Made by a program: the position numbers and the translations under genes. Shown piece after piece: positions 22,586 through 32,000 of a stretch of DNA of 32,000 nucleotides. The stretch covers positions 720,001 through 752,000 of the forward strand of contig NC_008789.1 of the NCBI RefSeq assembly GCF_000015585.1, written 5' to 3'. The DNA is from Halorhodospira halophila SL1. GTDB taxonomy: Bacteria > Pseudomonadota > Gammaproteobacteria > Nitrococcales > Halorhodospiraceae. Position 1 is the first letter of the stretch. The number at the start of each line of letters is the position of its first letter. The notes under the pieces are model-generated. The model made no database searches, was not told the origin of the DNA, and saw only the letters and a list, made by a program, of their open reading frames with translations.

Positions 22586-22700
22586 TGGGCGACGGTTCGC
22601 CTCTCTCTTTTGGATACGGATCAAGACACCCCGCCACCGCCGACCGGCGCGGGGCCAGCCGGCGGGGCGGGAGCCGGCAGCGGCGGACGCCGCCTTCCTT

Positions 22701-25176
<2,476 letters not shown>

Positions 25177-25177
<1 letters not shown>

Positions 25178-25368
25178 TAACCTCGCACCCAATAGAGCAG
25201 CAGAACGCCGATCCCCATGGACAGGAGACCGACGGTCCGCAGGCTTCGATCATCCATCTCGGCGGCCTGCAGGAAAACCCGGCGCAGAGCGCCGGGGTTC
25301 GCTGCAGGTAGTACACCCTCGATCACCAGCAGGAGGGCGATCGCGGTGAGCAGGTCACCCATCTCCAC
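25177..25368 (-). CDS. DUF2065 small membrane protein (YjeT-like)
   Basis: 63 aa with two hydrophobic helices, in the conserved position after hflC. Its TAA shares one base with the hisZ ATG. Confidence 0.7.
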
Positions 25369-25392
25369 GAGGATCCCCCCCCCCTCTGTCGG

Positions 25393-26301
25393 TTAGTCCT
25401 GATCGGGGGAACCGACCTCGCCGTTGAGCCCCGGCAGCTGCTCACCGCCGTCGAAGAAGCGGAAGAACTGCGAATCCGGCGACAGGACGAACAGGTCGTC
25501 GTCACCCTGGAAGGACTCGCGGTAGGCCCTCAGGCTGCGCTGGAAGGCGAAGAAGTCCGACTCCTGCCCGTAGGCGCTGGCGTAGATCTCCGCCGCCGTG
25601 GCATCACCCTCACCACGCAGGGACTCACCGTCCCGGTACGCCTCGGCGAGGAGGACCGTGCGCTGACGGTCGGCATCGGCGCGGATGCGCTCACCGGCCT
25701 CCTCACCGCGGGCACGGATCTCGCGGGCGACCCGCTCACGATCCGCCACCATGCGATCGAAGATGGAGTCGGTGACGTCTTCGGGCAGATCGATGCGCTT
25801 GAGGCGCACATCGAGCACCTCCAGGCCCAGGCTCTGCGCCGCCTCGGCGGTGGTCACCCGCAGGATGTCCATGATCTGCACGCGCTCACCGGAGATGATG
25901 TCCTGCACCGTACGCTTACCGAACTCGGCGCGCAGGGCGTCGCGGATGATCTCGCGCAGACGCTGGTTAGCCCGCTCCGGCTCACCGCGGACCGTGGTGT
26001 AGTAACGCTCGGCGTCGTCCACCCGCCACTTTACGAAGGAGTCGACGATGAGGTTCTTCTGCTCGACCGTCAGGAAACGCTCCGGCTCCTCGTCCAGGTT
26101 CTGCACCCGAGCGTCGAACTTGCGGACGTTGTTGACGAACGGCGTCTTGAAGTGCAGCCCCGGATCGAAATCCGCCTTAATGATCTCACCGAGCCGGAAC
26201 TTCAGTGCCACCTCCTTTTCGGAGACGGTGAACACCGAGAAGTAGCCGAGAATCGCGGCCACCACCAGCAGGGGCAACACGACGTTCTTCAGGATTCGCA
26301 T
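25393..26301 (-). CDS. hflC: FtsH modulator HflC (SPFH/band 7)
   Basis: 302 aa with an N-terminal TM and an SPFH domain. Its ATG overlaps the hflK TGA (ATGA). Confidence 0.95.
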   Translation of the reverse strand: MRILKNVVLPLLVVAAILGYFSVFTVSEKEVALKFRLGEIIKADFDPGLHFKTPFVNNVRKFDARVQNLDEEPERFLTVEQKNLIVDSFVKWRVDDAERYYTTVRGEPERANQRLREIIRDALRAEFGKRTVQDIISGERVQIMDILRVTTAEAAQSLGLEVLDVRLKRIDLPEDVTDSIFDRMVADRERVAREIRARGEEAGERIRADADRQRTVLLAEAYRDGESLRGEGDATAAEIYASAYGQESDFFAFQRSLRAYRESFQGDDDLFVLSPDSQFFRFFDGGEQLPGLNGEVGSPDQD

Positions 26302-27488
26302 CAGCGCGTCCCCCTATCACGGAGCGCCTCTCGTGCTCGCTGGGTCGGCGAGATGGCGTCCCGTTCCTGCGGTACATCGATATTGGTCTCGCCAGAGAGC
26401 GCCGTGGTGCTCCCCCGACGATCCATGAGCTTGTCGAGCGGCAGGTACATCAGCGACTGGCTGGACTCCGAGTCGAGCATCACCTTGGGCACCCGGCCCA
26501 GGATCTCCTCCATAGTCTCCAGGTAGATGCGCTGACGCATCAGCTGCGGGTCGGCCCGGTACTGCGGCACCAGCGCCTCGAAGCGGGCGGCGTCACCCTC
26601 GGCCTGGGCGATGACCTGCTCGCGGTAACCGTCTGCTTCCTCGAGAATGCGCGCCGCCTGGCCCTGGGCCCGCGGGATCAACTCGTTGGCGTAGGCCTGG
26701 GCCCGGTTGATGGTGCGCTGCTCGTCCTCGCGGGCGCGGATGGCATCCTCGAAGGCCGGCTGTACCGGCTCCGGGGGCTGGATATCCTGGACCGCCACCT
26801 GCACCACCGACAGACCCGTGCGGTAGTCATCCATCACTTCCTGGAGCAGCCGTCCGGTTTCCTGGGCCACCTCGGTCCGCCCCTCGGTCAGCACGTACTG
26901 AAGCTCGCGCTTGCCGATGATCTCGCGCACCGCGCTCTCGGTGACCTGCTTGAGGGTCTGCTCCGGCATGCGGAAGTTGAACAGGTAGAGGAACGGATCG
27001 CTGACCTCGTACTGCGCCGCGATCCGCACATCGACGATGTTCTCGTCGCGGGTAATCATCAACGCCTCGGCAGAAACCGGCCGGGCACGATTCTGCATCG
27101 ACTCGTAGCCGACCTCGGCGATGCGCCGCTGCTCGACGTTGACCCGCTCGACCTGGCCGATGGGCCGCGGCCAGTGCCAGTGCGGCCCGGGCTCCGTGGT
27201 ATCCGAGTGGCGACCGAAGGTCAGCTCCACCCCGCGCCAGCCCTGGTCGACGATGTAGATCCCGGAGAGCATCCAGACCACGAAGGCACCCAGGGCCAAG
27301 AGGCTGATGCCGGTCGCCCCGGGGCCGCGGGAGGGCCCACTGGGCATGCGCCCACCGAACAGGCCCTGCACCTGCGCACGCAGCTTACGGAAGACCTCAT
27401 CCAGATCGGGCGGCCCCCCACTGCCGCCTCCTTTGGGGCCACCGCCCCAGGGGTCGCGGCTGCCGCCGCCGGGCTCATTCCACGCCAT
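26301..27488 (-). CDS. hflK: FtsH modulator HflK (SPFH/band 7)
   Basis: MAWNEPGGGSRDPWGGGPKGGGSGGPPDLDEVFRKL..., followed by a TM helix and an SPFH domain. Confidence 0.95.
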   Translation of the reverse strand: MAWNEPGGGSRDPWGGGPKGGGSGGPPDLDEVFRKLRAQVQGLFGGRMPSGPSRGPGATGISLLALGAFVVWMLSGIYIVDQGWRGVELTFGRHSDTTEPGPHWHWPRPIGQVERVNVEQRRIAEVGYESMQNRARPVSAEALMITRDENIVDVRIAAQYEVSDPFLYLFNFRMPEQTLKQVTESAVREIIGKRELQYVLTEGRTEVAQETGRLLQEVMDDYRTGLSVVQVAVQDIQPPEPVQPAFEDAIRAREDEQRTINRAQAYANELIPRAQGQAARILEEADGYREQVIAQAEGDAARFEALVPQYRADPQLMRQRIYLETMEEILGRVPKVMLDSESSQSLMYLPLDKLMDRRGSTTALSGETNIDVPQERDAISPTQRAREALRDRGTR

Positions 27489-27573
27489 TCAGGACTCCGT
27501 ATGTGACTAAGACGATCTGCCGTCGATCGAACGGTCCGATTCTAGGGAGCTGCCCCGCCAACCGCAACCGAAG

Positions 27574-28911
27574 TCAGGCCGGGACAACCTCTCCACGCGG
27601 GAGCCCCTCGCGTACATGGAGCCGTTCCAGCTCGTGTACGGGGAGCTCCACCTCCAGGGCAAGCTGGCCATCCTCGGCGCAGTGCTCTTCGATGACACAC
27701 CCCAGCCGGAACAGCTGGGCGCGCAAGCGCCCCTGGTCCGGCCGCAGGTGCACTCGGCGACGGATGCGCTCCGGGCCGAGTCGCTCGGCCACGGCCTCCA
27801 GCAGGGTCTCGACCCCTTCGCCGGTCGCCGCGGAGATCCGGACGCCGGTCACCAGGCCCTCGTCATCCTCGATCCGTCCCGGCGCAAGGGCGCAGGTATC
27901 CACCTTGTTGTAGACGCGCAGGGTGGGCACTGCGTCAGCGCCGAGTTCGGCGAGGACCGCCTCCACCTGCTCGATCTGGTGCTCACGCTCCTCGGCCCCG
28001 GCATCGATGACGTGCAGGAGCAGATCGGCGTCGGTCACCTCTTCGAGGGTGGAACGAAAGGCGGCCACGAGGTCGTGGGGCAACCGGCTGATGAAGCCCA
28101 CGGTATCCGAGACCACCGCCGCTGAGCCGCGGGCCAGATCCACGCGGCGCCAGGACGGGTCGAGGGTGGCGAACAGCCGATCCTCGGCCCGGCGCTGCGA
28201 GCCGGTGACGTGGTTGAACAACGTGGACTTGCCGGCGTTGGTGTAGCCGACCAGCGAGACCACGGGCAGCTCGCGCTTGCGCCGCGCCTTGCGGCCCTGT
28301 TCGCGCGTGCGGCGCACCTTGGCCAGGCGCCGCTCAATCTGCTGGATGCGTCCGCCGATCAGCCGGCGGTCCATCTCCAGCTGCTTCTCGCCCGGGCCGC
28401 GCAGACCGATGCCGCCCTTCTGCCGCTCCAGGTGGGACCAGCCACGCACCAGGCGGCTGGCAACGTGCTTGAGCTGGGCCAGTTCCACCTGGAGCCGGCC
28501 TTCGAAGGTCCGCGCCCGCTGGGCGAAGATATCCAAGATCAGACCGGTGCGGTCGAGGACCCGGCAGCCCAGGTCGGTCTCCAGGTTGCGCTCCTGAGCG
28601 GCGGACAGGGGCTGATCCACCAGCACCAGGGCAGCCTCCAGCTCGCGCACCCAATCGGCCAGTTCGGCCACCTTGCCGCGGCCGATGAAGGTGCGCGGGT
28701 CCGGGGTGTCGCGACGATGCCGGAAGCGGCCCACCACCTCGGCCCCGGCCGAGTCACCCAGCGCCTCAAACTCTTCCGCGGCGTCGAGGGCGTCGCCGGG
28801 AAGCCGGACATGCAGAACCACGGCCCGCTCACCGCCGGATGGCCGGGCGAACAGGTCCGCCGGACCGCTACCGATGCGCTGTTCAGTTATTGCTCTCCTC
28901 CTCGCCGACAA
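27574..28911 (-). CDS. hflX: GTPase HflX
   Basis: G domain [25 protein letters not shown]. The track start is a TTG at 28911 that lies 29 nt inside hfq, so the true start is uncertain. Confidence 0.9.
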   Translation of the reverse strand: MSARRRAITEQRIGSGPADLFARPSGGERAVVLHVRLPGDALDAAEEFEALGDSAGAEVVGRFRHRRDTPDPRTFIGRGKVAELADWVRELEAALVLVDQPLSAAQERNLETDLGCRVLDRTGLILDIFAQRARTFEGRLQVELAQLKHVASRLVRGWSHLERQKGGIGLRGPGEKQLEMDRRLIGGRIQQIERRLAKVRRTREQGRKARRKRELPVVSLVGYTNAGKSTLFNHVTGSQRRAEDRLFATLDPSWRRVDLARGSAAVVSDTVGFISRLPHDLVAAFRSTLEEVTDADLLLHVIDAGAEEREHQIEQVEAVLAELGADAVPTLRVYNKVDTCALAPGRIEDDEGLVTGVRISAATGEGVETLLEAVAERLGPERIRRRVHLRPDQGRLRAQLFRLGCVIEEHCAEDGQLALEVELPVHELERLHVREGLPRGEVVPA

Positions 28912-29155
28912 TCGATTCGGCGGATGCCTCTTCGCCCTGCTGCGGCAGGCGCACGCGCCGTGCCGGGACGATGGTCGAGATGGCGTGCTTGTACACCATC
29001 TGGTTCACGTTGTTGCGCAGCAGCACCACGAACTGGTCGAAGGATTCGATCTGTCCCTGGAGCTTGATGCCGTTGACCAGGTAGATCGAGACCGGGACCT
29101 TCTCTTTGCGCAACGTATTGAGAAAGGGTTCCTGCAGTGACTGCCCCTTCGCCAT
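28883..29155 (-). CDS. hfq: RNA chaperone Hfq
   Basis: [64 protein letters not shown], plus an acidic tail. Confidence 0.97.
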   Translation of the reverse strand: MAKGQSLQEPFLNTLRKEKVPVSIYLVNGIKLQGQIESFDQFVVLLRNNVNQMVYKHAISTIVPARRVRLPQQGEEASAESIVGEEESNN

Positions 29156-29173
29156 GGCGCATCGCCCCCAAGA

Positions 29174-29184
29174 TTGTTGTTGTT
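29174..29184 (-). promoter_or_regulatory. (AAC)3AA tract in the hfq 5' leader; candidate A-R-N Hfq-binding or translation-enhancer element
   Basis: The minus strand reads ATAACAACAACAATCTTGGGGGCGATGCGCC-ATG. The tract ends 18 nt before the hfq ATG. Confidence 0.3.
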
Positions 29185-29235
29185 ATGGACCCGCGAACCC
29201 CGCCGGAGGGGCGCTACTCGACGCCTACGAGTGTA

Positions 29236-30168
29236 TCACACGCCCCCGAGGGCCCCGGTGACGTAACTGTGAACCTGCGCCTCCAGCCGGTCGTCCGCCG
29301 TGAACCGGACCCCGTCGGTCTGCCCGCGCAGCCAGGTGATCTGCCGCTTGGCGTACTGCCGCGTGGCGCGCAGGCCGCGACGGATCATGGTGCGGTAATC
29401 GCAGGCGCCTTCGAGGTAGTGCCAGATCTGTCTGTATCCGACCGCTCGCACCGCCGGGAGTTCCTCGCTGAGATCGCCTCGGCGGTGCAGCGCCACCACC
29501 TCGCCCACCAGGCCGGCGGCCAGCATGGCCCGAAAGCGCGCCTCGATACGCCGGTGCAGCCAGGCACGCTCCGGCGGCTCGAGGATGATCTTCAACGGCA
29601 TCTCGGTCAGTCCCGGCTGCCCGGGCTCACGCTGGACCTGGCTCAGTGGCCGCCCGGTCAGCCGGTGCACCTCCAGCGCCCGCTGAATGCGCTGACTGTC
29701 GTTGGGATGCAGCCGCGCAGCACTCTCCGGGTCCACCGCCTGCAGCCGGCGGTGCAGCGCCTGAACGCCGTAGGCCGCCTCCTCCGCCTCCAACTCGGCA
29801 CGGACCTGCGCGTCCGCCGCCGGCATCGGCGAGAGGCCGTGCTGCAGCGCCTGGAAGTAGAGCCCGGTGCCACCGACGAGCACCGGCAGCCGCCCCCGGC
29901 TGCGGATGGCGGCGATGGCCGCCTGGGCGTCCCGGGCAAACTCGGCTGCTGAGTAGCGCTCGGCCGGATCGCGGATATCGATCAGGTGGTGGGGACAGCG
30001 GGCACGCACCGCCGGGGACGGCTTGGCGGTGCCGATATCCAGGCCGCGATAGATCTGCGCCGAGTCGACGCTGACGATCTCACCGCCCAGCCGCTCGGCC
30101 AGGGACAGGGCCAGTTCGCTCTTGCCCACCGCGGTGGGCCCCATGATGCAGAGCACCGGCGCCGTCAT
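29236..30168 (-). CDS. miaA: tRNA dimethylallyltransferase
   Basis: Start MTAPVLCIMGPTAVGKSELAL (ATG 30168) overlaps the mutL TGA (ATGA). Motifs DSAQIYRGLDIGTAKP and HHLID. Confidence 0.95.
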   Translation of the reverse strand: MTAPVLCIMGPTAVGKSELALSLAERLGGEIVSVDSAQIYRGLDIGTAKPSPAVRARCPHHLIDIRDPAERYSAAEFARDAQAAIAAIRSRGRLPVLVGGTGLYFQALQHGLSPMPAADAQVRAELEAEEAAYGVQALHRRLQAVDPESAARLHPNDSQRIQRALEVHRLTGRPLSQVQREPGQPGLTEMPLKIILEPPERAWLHRRIEARFRAMLAAGLVGEVVALHRRGDLSEELPAVRAVGYRQIWHYLEGACDYRTMIRRGLRATRQYAKRQITWLRGQTDGVRFTADDRLEAQVHSYVTGALGGV

Positions 30169-32000
30169 CACCGCCCCCGCATGAACAGCCGGGCCAGCGC
30201 CTCGTCGTCGAGCACGGTGTAGGTCGGCCGCCCGTGGTTGCACTGCGCCGCCCGCGGGGTGCGCTCGATATCCCGCAGCAGGGCGTCCATCTCGGCGCGC
30301 TCCAGACGCCGTCCGGCGCGGACCGACCCGTGGCAGGCCATCTGCGCCAGCAGCGCGTGGACCCGGTCCTCGACCCGCCCACCGGTCCCCTCGGACTCCA
30401 GCGCCGCCACCGCGTCGCGGACCAGGGCCGCGGCGTCGGCCTCGGCGAGCAGCGCCGGTACTCGGTGAACACGCACCGACTCGGGGCCGGCGCGGTCCAC
30501 CTCCAGACCCGCCCGGGCCAGCGTAGCCGCGTGCAGCTCCACCCGCTCGGCCTCCGCCGGGGTCACCGGCACACTCACCGGCACCAGCAACGACTGCGTG
30601 GCGATCCCCGACGCCACCAGCTGCGCCTTCATCCGCTCGTAGACCACCCGCTCGTGGGCGGCGTGCATGTCCACCACCACCAGCCCCCGCTGCGACTCGG
30701 CCAGAATATAGGCGTCGCGGATCTGCCCGACGGCGTAGCCGAGCTCCGGGGTCGCCTCACTCTCCCGGTCCCGGGTCTGCGACGGCCCGGGGGATCCGGC
30801 AATGGCCGACGACGCCCCTTCAGCCGCGCCGCCAGGGCCCTCGGCAGCGGCGTCGGCGCCCCCATAGAGCTGCCGCGCCTCGGCCAGCGGCAGCCCCAGC
30901 TCCGCCGTGCCGCCGAGCCCTTCGGAGGCCGGCCCCGTCCGCTCGGCCGCCGCCGGTTGCCCGGGGCCGGTCGGCGCGCCCGACGGCGGCCGCTCCGCCG
31001 CAGGCGGTGCCGCGGCACCGGCCGGCTCGGCGGTGGCCAGGGCGTCGGCGATGCGCCGGGCGAGGAAGTCGTGCACCGTCCGCCCGTCGCGAAAACGCAC
31101 CTCATGCTTCATGGGGTGGACGTTGACATCCACCCGAGCCGGATCCATCTCCAGAAAGAGGACGTAGGCCGGGTAGTGATCGCGGTAGAGGCAGTCGCTG
31201 TAAGCCTGGCGGATGCCGTGGGCCGCCCCCCGGTCGCGCACCAGCCGGCCGTTGACGAACAAGTACTGAAGATCCCCCTGGCGCCGCGCCGCCGTAGGCA
31301 GCCCCAGCCAGCCCCGCAGCTGCAGCCCGGCCCCCTCCAACTCCACCGCCAGGGCGTGATCGGCAAAGGCACGACCGAGCAGCTCCGCCAGACGCTCGTG
31401 CCGCTCCGTCTCGCTCTCCGCCCGGGGCACCGACCAGAGCCGCCGCCCCTGATGGACGAGCGAGAAACCGACGTCGAAGCGGCTCAGCGCCAGCCGGCGC
31501 AACGCCTCCTGGACGTGGTAGAGCTCGGTGCGCTCGGTGCGCAGGAACTTGCGACGCCCTGGCGTGTTGTAGAACAGGTCGTCGACGGTGACCGTGGTCC
31601 CCGGGGGGTGAGCCACCGGTTCCGGCGCACCCAGTGCGCCGCCGTCACAGCGCAGCTGATGGCCCAGCTCCGCCTCGGCGGTGCGCGAGGCCAGCGTCAG
31701 CCGCGAAACGGCAGCGATGCTCGGCAGGGCCTCCCCCCGGAACCCCAGACTGGCGATGCGCTCCAGCTCCTCGAGGCCGGTGAGCTTGCTGGTGGCGTGC
31801 CGGCGCAGCGCCAACTCCAGCTCCTCGGGCGGGATGCCGTCGCCGTCATCGGCGATGCGGATACGCTGCTTGCCGCCGCGCTCAATCTGCACCTCGACAC
31901 GCCCGGCGCCAGCGTCGAGGCTATTCTCCACCAGTTCCTTGACCACCGAACCGGGGCGCTCGACCACCTCGCCAGCGGCGATCTGGTCGATCAGGTTATC
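30168..32000 (-). CDS. mutL: DNA mismatch repair protein MutL (5' end about 10 codons off window)
   Basis: The frame stays open to the window edge (DNLIDQIAAGEVVERPGSVVKELVENSLDAG = GHKL ATPase N terminus). Long Pro/Ala/Gly linker. The C-terminal domain contains DMHAAHERVVYE, matching the DQHA(X)2E(X)4E endonuclease motif of MutH-independent MutL proteins. Confidence 0.95.
   Translation of the reverse strand, partial: DNLIDQIAAGEVVERPGSVVKELVENSLDAGAGRVEVQIERGGKQRIRIADDGDGIPPEELELALRRHATSKLTGLEELERIASLGFRGEALPSIAAVSRLTLASRTAEAELGHQLRCDGGALGAPEPVAHPPGTTVTVDDLFYNTPGRRKFLRTERTELYHVQEALRRLALSRFDVGFSLVHQGRRLWSVPRAESETERHERLAELLGRAFADHALAVELEGAGLQLRGWLGLPTAARRQGDLQYLFVNGRLVRDRGAAHGIRQAYSDCLYRDHYPAYVLFLEMDPARVDVNVHPMKHEVRFRDGRTVHDFLARRIADALATAEPAGAAAPPAAERPPSGAPTGPGQPAAAERTGPASEGLGGTAELGLPLAEARQLYGGADAAAEGPGGAAEGASSAIAGSPGPSQTRDRESEATPELGYAVGQIRDAYILAESQRGLVVVDMHAAHERVVYERMKAQLVASGIATQSLLVPVSVPVTPAEAERVELHAATLARAGLEVDRAGPESVRVHRVPALLAEADAAALVRDAVAALESEGTGGRVEDRVHALLAQMACHGSVRAGRRLERAEMDALLRDIERTPRAAQCNHGRPTYTVLDDEALARLFMRGR

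Noticed and set aside
22590-22700. GC-rich tract between the tRNA-Leu terminator and the purA stop as a repeat element or purA terminator
   Set aside because: Only a short GGCGG-CGT-CCGCC hairpin without a T run is present, and no second copy occurs in the window. The upstream bidirectional terminator may serve purA.

Overview
High-GC gammaproteobacterial chromosome segment (composition and taxon judged by eye and by gene order).

Core block, about 11.0-32 kb: conserved housekeeping genes, almost all on the minus strand. Reading right to left:
- mutL (5' end off the window), miaA, hfq, hflX, hflK, hflC, a DUF2065 gene, hisZ, purA
- tRNA-Leu(CAG) on the plus strand, with its own promoter and terminator
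- rnr, rlmB
- rpsF, rpsR, a membrane protein, rplI, dnaB, alr, radA

As far as I recall this is the same order as in Pseudomonas, apart from radA. Many gene junctions are 1-4 nt start/stop overlaps.

The outstanding feature of the core block is dnaB. It is 1098 codons long because it carries two inteins:
- a 492-aa LAGLIDADG intein inserted in the Walker A P-loop
- a 145-aa mini-intein at the ...LRE|C...HN|SGAIEQD site

Accessory block, 1-11 kb: visibly decaying. It contains:
- the inward-reading parA/parB-like partition module of an integrative conjugative element that continues off the left edge
- a roughly 50-nt 3' fragment of tRNA-Lys(CUU), probably the att repeat
- a truncated tyrosine recombinase
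- a HelD-like helicase killed by an 8-bp tandem duplication plus an in-frame TAG
- a degenerate duplicate of a rhodanese-domain 3' end
- an intact operon of a CxxxxC flavoprotein disulfide reductase and an ArsR-rhodanese fusion regulator
- a 7TM hybrid histidine kinase with REC and Hpt domains
- a DUF192 gene
- a heavily deleted quinone-oxidoreductase remnant
- a DUF429 gene

I found no CRISPR array, IS element, rRNA gene or convincing multi-gene defence-type system. The most novel-looking items are the doubly intein-interrupted replicative helicase and the ArsR-rhodanese/disulfide-reductase module with its duplicated remnant. Functional interpretations of both are inference. Many long ORFs in the track are antisense artefacts of high GC content and are not reported as genes.
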